From Rhizodiscina lignyota (lineage: Eukaryota), in the NCBI GenBank assembly GCA_010015805.1, contig ML978135.1, positions 620,001 to 684,000 on the forward strand: 64,000 nucleotides of DNA, read 5' to 3'. A program made the position numbers and the translations under genes. Positions 13,647 through 25,468 of the stretch are shown here, in pieces (position 1 is the stretch's first letter; the number at the start of each line of letters is the position of its first letter). The notes under the pieces are model-generated. The model saw only the letters and a list, made by a program, of their open reading frames with translations. It did no database searches and was not told where the DNA came from.

Positions 13647-14536
13647 TTCCTGTTGGATCGAGCATAATTTAAGCGACAGTCCGGCTCTGACTCCTGAGAC
13701 CCTCTCGAGCACTTGCCATACAGACTATCGACACTTCCAAGAACGTGGTCGCGATAATGGCATTGGGCAGTGCAACAAATGTACAGAATAGGAGCAAGAC
13801 CTCGGAGTGTTAATGGAGTGTTAGTGGATGCTGTATAGAGCAGGTGATAGCGAGGTTGGAAAAATGATGGACACTAAGCCCAAAAAGGAAATTTAGAACG
13901 AGGCTCTTGAATAGGTTAGCGCCAAAGGACAACATTCCGCAAGACCTCGCTCATAGAACCACGCCTCGTCCACTCAGGACTTGGGCCCTGCTTGGCTCTG
14001 TTGTGCACCTGGCACTGCAGAATGGGATGCAGCTCTTTTTCCACTCCAATATGCGGGTAACGATGGCTAGCAGAAACGGCAGTGTATCGCGATCTTACTC
14101 CGCCTGGCATTCACCCCTGGGAAAGCTAGCACCAAATTATGATCTAATGAGAAGATCTTGTCTACGCCAGCCTTACCGAAGATCGAGGAACCAAGATGGA
14201 GCAGTGGATGGTGCTCCCTGAGAGAGAGAGACCGAGGGTAAGTTTACAAAATCTCGTTTCGGTGGATGGAATACCATTCGCCGTTGGTACGAATCTTTGA
14301 CTAGTACATTGATGCCTGAATGGTTCGCCCTCAATTGCTACTTTCAATTGCATGCATACAAAATGTCCAACACGCCGCGAGGGCCATCATGTCGTTCCGC
14401 GCATCCAGAATCATGGCTACCCAACTCAAATAGCTTAAGCCTGGATGTATGATGCCACGATATGCCATCATAACATTTGACCAAGTTACAAACATTCAAT
14501 CGGTTTCAATTTTGAAGGCAATTCAAGTGCATCACA

Positions 14537-16211
14537 ATGATTTCTCTCCTGCTGCTATGTGAGTTTATATGAGTTCTTGTTGAACACTTTACTGACGAAT
14601 TCTAAGCGGCGATTGTTATATTCCCTTGTGCACTTGTATTCAAGACGCTATGGGACTTCTTCCGCGACCCTTTAAGACTCCGGGGGTATCCTTCGCCGAG
14701 CATATGGGCTGCATTGACTCCGCTATGGTTGATGAACCAAAGCTTCCGCGAACGACGCTCCCGCGCAATCTACGAGCAGCATAAAAGACTCGGAGACGTG
14801 GTCCGCATTGCGCCTCGACATGTTTCAATCAATGACCCACGTGCGATCAAAGACATATATGGACACCAGGCAATCGACAAAGTAAATAAGGATGTGTTTT
14901 ACACTCATCTAAAAGGAGTGCGTTTGTTGATAGTCTTGTCATATAATCAATACCTGACTGAAAGCTTAGGAGCATTGGGACATTGTTCAAGTCCCTGATC
15001 GAGGCGAGCACACGAGAAAAAGGAAATACCTTGCGCATGCATTTGCGTTGAAAACAGTCGTCTCCATGGAGCCGGTCATTCACGAAAACGCCTCACGCCT
15101 TCTACAAGGGATCGAGAGACACTGCGACGCCCGAAAACTGGATGACACTGCTACGATCAATATTCGTCAATGGTTCAATTTCTTCACCCTCGATGTTATC
15201 GCAGACATGGCAATGGGCATTAAACTCGGATTCTGTGAGACCGGCTCCGACGCGTCTTGGGCGGAGACGAAGGGCGGCAACGTATATCCGCTCAAGAGCA
15301 CTATCGACACATTACAACAGGGCGTCAGGTATTCCGTTACCCTCGCTCAGGGTAGTTCAGAGAGGTGGCACAAGTTCCTCAAATCTCTCTTAGAGATTAA
15401 TGGTTACGTCAAACGTCTCATTCGTGCTCAGGACGCGGATGACTTCACGAACTTTTCTCTGCACAAAGTGAAGACACGAATAGAGAACGGAGGTCCAGAT
15501 CGCCCATCCAACGATTTCTTCGGTAACATTCTTGAGGACCCACGGACAGGAGAATCCAGGAATCTTCCGTTCATGGAGATGGTGATCGACGGAATTGTAC
15601 TTCTCAACGCTGGCAGCGACACCACGGCTTCTGCGTTGACAAGTGGCATATACTTCTTGATGAAGACTCCGGACGCTCTTGCAAAGCTTCGGCAAGAGGT
15701 TGACCAAGCCCTGCCGCCCGATACGATGTTGGCGCCGTACAATCTCGTAAAAGACCTCCGGTACCTGCGTGCATGTATCGACGAGACTCTCCGTCTTCGC
15801 CCTCCAATCGCTTACGGACTCCAAAGGCAAGTAACTGCTCCAGAGGGTATCACAATTGCAGGCCGTCATTTCAAGCAAGGGACTACTGTCGCCGTACCGA
15901 CCTTCGCTGTTCATCGGAGGGAAGACTTGTATGTGGATGCAGAGCGGTATAATCCAGACAGGTGGCTGGACACAAGCAACCCCCAGCAGATCAAGAATCT
16001 TGTCGATTTCACTATTCCATTCAGTCAAGGGCCGCGGGCATGCCTCGGCCGCAATATTGCGATAGTGGAGCAACAGATTTTGATTTCGACACTGGTCCAT
16101 CGATACGACTTTGAATTCGTTCATCCCGAACAAGAGCTAAAGATCTTTGAGAGATTCAATTCGAATCCAGGACCAATGCCCGTGAGAGTTTCACGTCGCG
16201 TCAGGTCATAA
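14537..16211 (+). CDS. Cytochrome P450 (benzoate 4-monooxygenase-like clan), 3 exons
   Basis: I-helix AGSDTT, ETLR, a PERF-like YNPDRW and heme motif FSQGPRACLG. The N-terminal anchor assembles across intron 14559-14606. Confidence 0.92.
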
Positions 16212-16807
16212 GCAAGGAGCGAGAATCCAAGTGCACACACTCCATGGCACGGCGGCGGTTCGAGTAATCTCGGGTTCTCAGACTCATTCTATTGGTATTA
16301 GAGACGGAGCAAGCTCTCCGACAATATTGAAGACTTTTCGGCTTTCACTGTGTCTAAATTGTGATGAATGGGAATTATCGACGGAATTTTTCTCGCAGAC
16401 ACTGGGCAAGCTATGAGAAATCAACTCCTACAACAATAAACGTAATTAGCAAGAAACTCTTCCCGACTCATCTCCCAAAGAAATATTGTTTCTAATGAAT
16501 GAGTAGTGTGGTGCCTGCCAAGACGGAAAATTTCAACAACCTCCCTTCGGTCTGCGTCACACCGAGAGCACAAAATCGGATCTTGCAATGCGAACGCAAC
16601 CACGATCTGCAGGGCTATGATCGACATCTGGTTGTGCAATACGGGAGGAGAACACGTTGTCTGGGGAAGTACCTGGGGAAATCAAACAATGGCAACGCGA
16701 AAGACAACGATGCCGACCATACCTGGAGTAGATTTAGAGCCTACCCACCTCGTCACGGTAGAGAAGAAAGTTATTGTGCCTCGACATTGACAATTGTAGT
16801 AGCAAAG

Positions 16808-18945
16808 ATGTCATTCACCTTTCTACAATTCCTGTTACTTTCGTATGTCGTCTTGTCTTTCGCATTCTTGAATGCTACGGAGTCCTCCGTCGAGTTAATC
16901 CTTCAAAACGATCGATTATATGCCTCGGTGAACAAGTCTACTGGTGCAATTGGACATCTTAGACTAGACGATCAGGATCTCCTCGGGACTCTCAACTATG
17001 TCAAGCCTACGCCTGGAGGCTCAACTGGAAGCGGGAACAGTGGTAATGGTCCATACCTAGATTGCTATTGTACTCCGCCCGGCAGCTATACACCTGGTTC
17101 AATTGCTCCGGAGTACCATTTATACCGCGGGAAGGACTCGCATGGAGTATCGTACGGAGGGGTTTCCATGGGTGAAAGCTACCCAGATAGCGGACTGCGG
17201 CTCGAACAGTACTGGTTCTTGCGGGATGGAGAGACTGGTCTGCATACCTTTAGCCGGATTCTGTACCACAACAAGACGACGCCGTTCTATCGCAACCTGC
17301 AGGAATTTAGAACGCTCTTCCGGCCCAACACGCCTCTTTGGACTCATCTTTCAACAAACGATCGAACTTATGCTCCCCTGCCTTCCGCAAACGCTACGGC
17401 TAATGAGATCACAGTTCAGGATGCGACTTGGTACCTTGCAAATACTACGAATGATCCTTATGTGCAGCAAATGTCAGACTATTTCACGAAATACACTTTT
17501 GCAGATACTTGGCGGAACCACCCGGTCCATGGCCTCTTTGCCGATGGCTCACAGAGCAAGGACGGCTCAACCTTTGGCGCCTGGCTGGTGATGAATACAA
17601 TTGACACGTATTTCGGCGGTCCACTACACTCTGATCTTATGGTAGATGGCATCGTGTACAATTACATCGTCTCGAATCACCATGGAGACGGAACTCCAAA
17701 TATAACTGATGGCTTCGACAGAACTTTCGGCCCGCAGTACTACCACTTCAACAAAGGAGCTTCAGGAGCAACGCTGGCTTCACTTCGAGCAGACGCTGCA
17801 CAATACGCCTCCCCCGAATGGAATACCGACTTCTATGACTCCATTGCGCAGTATGTCCCAAACTACAAGCCAACATCTCAGCGCGGAACGTTCAAGCTCC
17901 AGGTCAAGCTTCCCAGTGAAGCAAGAGATGCAATTGCAGTGCTCGCGCAGAATGGCGTAGACTTTCAAGATAACGTTTTCGATACTAAAGCCTTCCAATA
18001 CTGGGCTGAAATTCCTTCCTCAAAGACGTATGGATCCAGGTCACGGTATTCTGAAGTTACCATTCCTCGGGTAGCGGCTGGGAAGTATCGTCTTACAATC
18101 TACGCCGCCAATGTATTCGGTGACTTCACCGAAGACGATATTACCGTCACTGCTGGCAGGAGTACTTCTGTCACTGCGGAGTGGACACCAGAGTCGCACG
18201 GCACGGAGCTCTTTCGTATCGGCACGCCTGACAAGTCCTCTGGCGAATATTTGCACGGCTACGCGCCTGACCTTACTCACCCACTGAAACCGGAGCAGTA
18301 CAGAATCTATTTCGACGCTTACGACTTTCCAACCGACTTTCCAGATGGCGTGAACTTCCACGTCGGGAAGAGTAAAGAGAGCAAGGACTTCAACTATGTC
18401 CATTGGAGCGCATATGGTGGATATGCGCACTTTAACAGACCGAACTTTACAGAAAGCCCACTGATCAGCAGCTGGAATATCTGGTTCGACGCTCAGAACA
18501 AACAAATCAGAGGTGCAAAGAAAGCGACTTTCACGGTTCAACTCGCGGGAGCGAAGACGGCTGCAGGGAACACTGATGTATTCAATGCCTCTGAGCCGTG
18601 GTCGAACATGCCGCTCAATGTAGCGGTTAATGGTCAGGATCTGGAGCCATGGATCATTCCGTGAGTGTGCCGTTATCTGTTGCGCTTCACTCTTGGAGCT
18701 GCGAGGCTTTGATTAGTCGTGCTAATCAGTACACCAGATACTACCATTCGTCCTCTTGCGGCGTTCGCTCAGCCGTCATTTGCTACAACATCGCACACAA
18801 GTACACGTTCCCCGCGTCGTATCTGAAAACCAGCGATAACAAGATCGTGCTGTCGCTGCCTGAGGGAGGTGTTGATTACGAGTCTGCGGTGCTTCCGCGA
18901 CAACTCTATGTGCAATACGATGCGCTTCGCCTTGAGGTCAAGTGA
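16808..18945 (+). CDS. Rhamnogalacturonan endolyase, PL4
   Basis: Signal peptide, GPYLDC, LQEFRTLFRP, YFTKY, SNHHG, IGTPDK, DFNYVHW and C-terminal YDALRLE. One intron starts at 18661. Confidence 0.9.
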
Positions 18946-19249
18946 CAGGAAGAAGTTGGAGAACTGCCTTCGTTCGAAATCAGTGGGGAATTTGGTCTTC
19001 GTCGAGATACATAGTTATAAGACATAAAACCTTGATATCAATGTAGAGGATGGCTACGTCCTAACTACCTAGAGTACCTGAATGATTTTGACCGCTCTAT
19101 GTCGGCATGATCGAACCTGTTACTAAATATAGAGAGAATATCAGCCCCGTCGACGTTATTGCAGGGTATCTAAGGATAATATATTTGAAGCATCCGCCAA
19201 TACGGAATCCTTCCCTGAGAACCGTCTCGTAGCTCACATCACATGAATT

Positions 19250-19910
19250 ATCGCGTGGATTGTATTGCGACATCCACGACTAGGCAGGCACAGTTGATGA
19301 TATCCTCTTTTGAATCACGGTAGCGTATGGGTACCCAGAGTAGCGCTCCGGGGAAGATTTGCAACCCACAAACCATCCAAATAACCGCACTTCAGCACAT
19401 CAGAGAAGCGTGATACTAGTCCGCGAAGTGCATATGGTCGGTCGGAAATCTTTGTTAGCGAAGATGAGGAACACGCCGATACCACGTCAAGCCATGAATT
19501 GAAACTGTCCGGTTTGGCCGTACCATGGAAGACGAAGGCCAACATGGCTTTCAATCCGTTCTTCGATTTGTGAGAGTTTCTTTGTCTGGTAGGATTCACA
19601 CGGTATAGAGAGCTTGCTCAGCCGCCGCTGGTATCAGTATTTGATCTGCGGCCTCCACGGCGCCTTGCATGCATGTTGTAGACGCTGAAAAGATGAACGA
19701 ACCAGGCGACAAACCAGGGCTGTATCATTCTGAAATCACAGTCAATGCAGTCACTTGAGAGAGAAGAGATGACGAACACAGTCGAAAGCTTGAACTTTCA
19801 TCAAGTTGTTTTCTCCACTATCGGAACTGTCCGCATTCAGTCGCCGTTACTAGCCCTAACGGTACGAGGGACAGTTGCTTTGAGAAGAAGTCAATCCAGA
19901 GACGGCTGGA
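19250..19910 (-). pseudogene. Decayed HET-domain (heterokaryon incompatibility-type) gene
   Basis: Collinear HET-protein motifs on the minus strand, separated by frameshifts and stops: RLWID (~19890-19904), WLDVVSACSSSSLTKISDRPYALRGLVSRF..YLDGLW (ORF 19315-19599), and VPA*SWMS (PSWSW motif with TAG at ~19280). Confidence 0.65.
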
Positions 19911-20002
19911 GAACCACATTCATGTCCTGTACCGTCGACTTTCAGAATCACTGTCGAGCCCAAGTGTGATACTGGCTTAAGCAGTCAAGCCCCTACGTCA
20001 GC

Positions 20003-22697
20003 TCAAGTACCCAAGCCCTTGAATTCGCTCTCGCTGAAGAAAATGATCATGCGCCAGAGCTTCTTAACCAAGCCATCAGCATCCTCATCAAGAGCCTATA
20101 TGTATCGTTAGTCACATGTACTTAGTAGTTGCGGAAGATGGAACAGGAATGAAAATAAGACGCGAGGATTGTGCTTACCTCTGCCAAGTCAGACACCAAG
20201 TCAGCAGGCTTCTTCCTGTCCCTCACCGCGTTCTCGATAACATCAATGAGAGTCTCCTCCTGCACTCCCAATAGCTCAACAACCTTCTTCTCAATGAATG
20301 GCTTCAGTTTCTCCTCAATAATCTCCGGTTTCAGATAGTCCCACTTCACCTCAAATCCGAAGAGTGCCCCCTTTTCGGTCGGGATCTCGGTAGCGAGCTG
20401 CTTGATCATCTGATCTCGCTCCTCTTCGGTAAGGTCGAGCTTCTGGTCGGGCTTGGTGGATGGATCGAACTGAATCGGCACCAGGGTGCGCTTGACGCTC
20501 GTATCTTCCTCCTCTTCCGCATCAAGGAAGCTCTCAATTTCCAGGGCAGTCGTGCGTTTCGGCTCCTGGGTCTGCTGCGCGCGCTTCGACATGGCTGCGC
20601 CGAGGGACATCTGGAACCGCGCAGGTTGCTGTGACTGGGCCGCCAAGCGCTCGCCGAGCTCACTCGCCTGTCGATCGAGGAAGCTGTCCGCGAAGCCCCT
20701 CGCTCTTGCCTCCTCTTCAGCCTTCTCTCTTGCTTCTGCCTCACGATCCGCCTTGTCCCACGCCTCTTCCTTCTTCCTGAACTCCTTGCGCTTGTCGATC
20801 CAGCCTTCGCGATCCTTGTAGAAGTCCTCCGTCTTTCGAACTGCTTCCTCATCGTCATCGAAATCTGCCAGTCGCTTCGCCATTGCTTCTGACTCCTCCT
20901 TGTGTTTCTTCTCATCTTCCTCGTCAGCCTCTCTCTGGCGCTGGAGTGCAGCACGCCTTCGCTCCTGGTTTCTCAGCCAGCGGCGCTCGTACTCGCGGAA
21001 CTCTTCCTCCTCTTTCGCCTTCTTCCTTTCTCGACGGCGCCGCTCCATCTCTCTGTCCGACGCATCCGAGTCATCCGTTACGATCGCAAGCCAGGCATCG
21101 AGCTCACTAGTGTCAGAGCCATTGACGAATGTGACGCCGTTTTGGTAGTCCTTAGGAATCTGGACGCCTTGGTAGCCTTTTGGTCCGGTTGGTGCACCAT
21201 GGACTCCGCGGTCTGCTCGTGGGCCTAGCGGGATACCGTTTGCACCGCCTGCGGGGCCGCTAGGAGCAGACAGAGGCGGGCTTGCCAGCCTGCTGACACG
21301 TCCTCCACGCCTCTCCTTAGCTTCTATCTCCTCTTCCTTTCGCACACGCTCAAGGTCGCGCTTATTGCTCCTCTCCCTGAAGGCTGCAATCTCTGCTGCA
21401 ACCGTTTCGCGCATATTTGCGGGGATGTCTGAGAGCTCATCCTCGACGGTAATGGGAATTGTGATGACTTCTCCTGTAATAGGATCGGCACGGGCCTCGA
21501 GATCTTGCATGGCTGTGTCGGGATCGAAGTCCATGCCGTTTGTGGCAGTCGGACGGAAGAGAGAGGCGATGACTTCTGAGAGCTCTTCACGAGCGGCATC
21601 AACACGGAACTGGGCAGCGTTGGCGTCTTCGGCTCGCTTTTGGCGCCATTCTTCCGCATATTCCCTCGAGGCATTGTCGATAAAGACCTACGCAGAGCCA
21701 TCAGTAAGTGGCGGCAACAGCGTGGATATAGAGAGAGATGCTTACCCCGAGAAATGTCTTCTGAATCTTCTCCTCCTCCTCTTCGCCGTCTTCCTTATCT
21801 TCCATTTTCACATTGGTCCGTTCCTTCTTCAGCTCGACGCGTTCCACCGGAACTTCTACTCCGTCTCCAGCTGTGAGTGTCTCGATAGCTGTCTCAAGAC
21901 CCTCTGCGTCCTCAAACTCTGCAAAACCAAACTTGCACGGTTTGCCATCATCCTTGGAGCGTGTCCACCGCCTCAGCTTGTTGCCACTCGCAGCCTGCAG
22001 TATCCTCTCCATACCAGCGTCTCCTCCGACACCCTCAGTCAAGTTGCCTATGAAGATGGTGCGCATTATCTCCTCGCGCGTCGGTGGCGCCAATGCCATC
22101 ATGCTCTCTCTGACTTGTTGCCTCTGCTGCTCCAGGCCGGCGCCTAGGCCCATCCTGCCACGGTTTCCGTGCATGTCGGTGTTGCTGCTGCCCTTCAAGG
22201 TCTCGACCGTTGGAGTCGAAGGACCCTTACCAGAGGGGGTGCTCATGCCCAGTCGGATGACTGGAGCGTTGAAGTTGATGTTTGGCATGTTCGCCGGCGG
22301 TTGAAAGTTCGGAGGAAGGCCACCGGGCCGCGCGGGGAGGGGAGACGAGGACTGGTTCATGCCTGGCGGAGGTGACACGCCTGGTGCAGAGCCGGTACCT
22401 GGTGGAGCTAAATTGCGTGAAGTAAGGTTAGCATAGATACATTGCAGGGCCAAGGTCTACCTAGAAAGCGTAAGGGGTAGGCGTAGTAGTTGTCGTAGTA
22501 TTGAACAGGGAAAGAGGCAACGTCGTTCGCACCTCCCATAGCTGGCGGCGGGCCCATTCCAGGCGCAGAAGCGCCAGGCGCGCCTGGGTAGCTTCCATAC
22601 GGTGGCTGCCGACCGAATTGGCCGGGTGCTAAGAGCAGTCAGCAAGTGCGCGCGCGAAAACGGGGCGCGAAAAATATTTACGTTGGTAGTTGTACAT
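20003..22697 (-). CDS. U1 snRNP-associated RRM/PWI protein (Snu71/Usp107/RBM25-like)
   Basis: Pro/Gly-rich N-terminus, RRM (RTIFIGNL, CKFGFAEF), Arg/Glu-rich coiled coil, and C-terminal PWI domain (IPTEKGALF..KW..LKPFIEKKVVELLG..KKLWRMIIF). Confidence 0.88.
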
Positions 22698-23603
22698 CTC
22701 GAGAGCTGCCCGTCGAGGCTGCGCGCAAGAGAAGCTTCGCAAATCCCAGAGGGTGCAGGATATGATGGACAGCTAAGATACAGCACGTAATATCTGCTCA
22801 CAAGTAGGAGGGGGAAGGTGTTACTCGGTAAGGGTGTAGGCGAATTGGAGAGTTGTTGGTGGTGGTGAAAGTTGTAGTTGCGGCTCTGCCTCCTGCCGCG
22901 TCAAAAGATCGGCTTCCGGCTGTGGCGCGCTAGCGGTGGCTAGTGGCAGCCTAGTGCGCGCCCCGCTCCTGTCAACTCATAGTCATCGCGTTACGCTCGT
23001 CTGGACCGTGAGCCCTTCCAACTCACTCTCGTACATGTCCCAATGGCCGGTGAACACAAGCACCACTTCGCCCCGCAAATTTGCAGTCTATACAACGAAT
23101 CAGACGCATTCCGTGGAATCTGGCTATTGTGTTTGCGCGAGATTCAACATCTGAACCGCCTGGCCCTCTGTCGCAACTCACCTTGTTCTTCTGGCTTTTT
23201 ACCTGCGCTAATATTTGACCATTGGCCGCTTTCCTTGCACCAGGGAGCAGGTACACAGCACAGGATATTTATCCGCACTTGTAAATCCAAACCGTCGGTC
23301 GACCTGCCAAGGCGCGATACCAATGCTGTCATCATCTCCGCCCGCTTCCTCTCCTCCTTGGATTCCCCGGCTAAACCTCCAATGGAAAGCTGAGCAGAAT
23401 ACGATGTAAGTTGGCGGAGAGAGCGGAGGTGCATCTATTCTCCATACGGGGCTCCAATTTTCCATGTGGAGATACGGAAAAGTACCCAAATGGTCAGACG
23501 GCCATTTAACTCTCCCATGGAGCTTCTCGTTTATTTCAAAAGTCAAGGTTTGCAGCTCCTCAAGTGTCTTTCGTAGTGTCGTAGCCCAGAAGTTGCTGTC
23601 AAT

Positions 23604-25085
23604 ATGAAGCTTTTCATTTTTACTCCGATACTTCTTGCACTTGGGGTCTGCTCTGTCTCTGCTGGCTCATGGCATCATCGCCCTGGGGGCAAGCCCGGAA
23701 GCAGCTCAATTCAGGCGGATGACTTCATCAAAGTCGACGGGATGCGTCTGAAGGATAGCAGTGGCAATATTCAATATCTCACTGGTATCAATTACTGGGC
23801 ATGCTTGAATCTCGCTGCCGATGCGGACCAGGGAGGACAATATTACCGCTTCATCACCGAGTTGGACCAGTTGCAGGCCGTTGGTATCAATCATCTCCGG
23901 ATTATGGCTGGCTCGGAGGGTAATCCAACGCACCAACCCTTCCGGATGTATCCAGCTATGCAGCCATCACCCGGAGAATACAATGAAAAGATCTTCGTGG
24001 GACTTGATCGATGTCTCGCGGAAATGGCCAGGCGAGGGATGAGAGCGACCATGACTCTCAATGATCAGTGGCAGTGGTCCGGTGGCTTCGCTCAGTATGT
24101 ATCATGGACACATGGAAATGAGAAGCTTGAATACCCGCCGTCTTGGAATCTGTCAGCTCCGCCGCAGAGGCCTGGGCCTCCAGGCAGAGGTTGGGGCAAT
24201 TACACAACGACCGGCGATTGGAATAACTACACTACATATGGCAACCAGATCTACACTGATGCCCCGGCAGAGACGCTGTTCAAAGCCCACATCGACAAAG
24301 TATTGAACCGCAAAAACACAGTCAATGGACGAGTATACAAAGACGATGCCACGGTCATGTCATGGCAGCTGGCCAACGAGCCCCAGCCTCAGGTTCCGAA
24401 AGTCTTCTTAGGCCCGTACGGCTTGCAACTGCCTCCCAATCCTAACGACCCACTTCTTCCATGGATCGACCGCATCTCTACATACATCAAACAGCGTGCT
24501 CCAAAGCAGCTCATAACCGTAGGCTTTGAAGGCAAGCAGGGAGAATGGTATTGGAAGAAGGTGCACGAGCCGAAGAATGTCGACTACACCACCACACATT
24601 GCTGGGTCCAGAACTGGGGCGTTTACGACATGAACAATGCATCCGCTGCGAATTTACAGGCCGCGAAAGATTTTGCAACAGAGTTCATCACCAATTCCAG
24701 CAGATGGGCGAACGAGATCGGCAAGCCAGTCTTCCTCGAAGAGTTCGGCATGGCTCGGGACAACTGGGAGAATGACGTTTCCAAGGGCGAATATCAGTAC
24801 GCGAGCACGGCCACCACGACGCACAAGGATAACTACTATAAGCACATTATTGGCCTAGCCATGGATTCATTCAAGTCGCAGAGTGGTGGCTACGTGGGCA
24901 CGTGCCCCTGGGCATATGGAGGTAACTATCGCCCTGAAACACAGCATGAGAACAAGTTTGGTGAGGTTTGGGCTGGAGACCCACCGCATGAGGCGCCTGG
25001 ATGGTATGATGTGTATGATACTGACGAGGCTCTCAACATCGTGGCCGAACAGAAGAAGGAGATTGATAGCTTCCTTTCGAAATGA
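23604..25085 (+). CDS. GH5 beta-mannanase/mannosidase (subfamily 7-like), secreted, intronless
   Basis: Signal peptide, GINYW, WQWSGG, WQLANEP (acid/base), LEEFG (nucleophile) and AGDPPHE..GWY. Confidence 0.9.
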   Translation: MKLFIFTPILLALGVCSVSAGSWHHRPGGKPGSSSIQADDFIKVDGMRLKDSSGNIQYLTGINYWACLNLAADADQGGQYYRFITELDQLQAVGINHLRIMAGSEGNPTHQPFRMYPAMQPSPGEYNEKIFVGLDRCLAEMARRGMRATMTLNDQWQWSGGFAQYVSWTHGNEKLEYPPSWNLSAPPQRPGPPGRGWGNYTTTGDWNNYTTYGNQIYTDAPAETLFKAHIDKVLNRKNTVNGRVYKDDATVMSWQLANEPQPQVPKVFLGPYGLQLPPNPNDPLLPWIDRISTYIKQRAPKQLITVGFEGKQGEWYWKKVHEPKNVDYTTTHCWVQNWGVYDMNNASAANLQAAKDFATEFITNSSRWANEIGKPVFLEEFGMARDNWENDVSKGEYQYASTATTTHKDNYYKHIIGLAMDSFKSQSGGYVGTCPWAYGGNYRPETQHENKFGEVWAGDPPHEAPGWYDVYDTDEALNIVAEQKKEIDSFLSK

Positions 25086-25273
25086 TGGTGAGCTGCAGAG
25101 AAGTTGTCGAATAGGAACAGTAGGTATCAGAAAATGTGAGAATTAATACTTGGAATGAGGTTCCACCCAATGCTCACAAATGCGAACCGAATAGCGATAC
25201 TCGAGTTGATATTGCTCTTGAGTCTTCATCTGCGGCCAGTTGACATATTCGAAAGGTGTTTGGGTTGGCAGAT

Positions 25274-25338
25274 AGGGTTTGGTAACCCTAAACAATAAGC
25301 TCCAGCGGTGTTTGTGTTTGTGGATAGGGTTAGGGTTA
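25274..25338. promoter_or_regulatory. Telomere-like TAGGGTT/TAACCCTA motifs upstream of the mitoribosomal gene
   Basis: TAGGGTTTGGTAACCCTAAAC (~25274-25293) and TAGGGTTAGGGTTA (~25325-25338), 130-200 nt before the ATG. Confidence 0.4.
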
Positions 25339-25468
25339 TTCTAGAGAGACCGAGAGCGAGTCAATCGTGCCAAGCCAAATTTCTTCTCTAGAAGATATCA
25401 CCACCTCAGCTTTCACAACTCCAACAATGGCACGCATACCAATCAGGAAATGAAATCTACTACTCACA

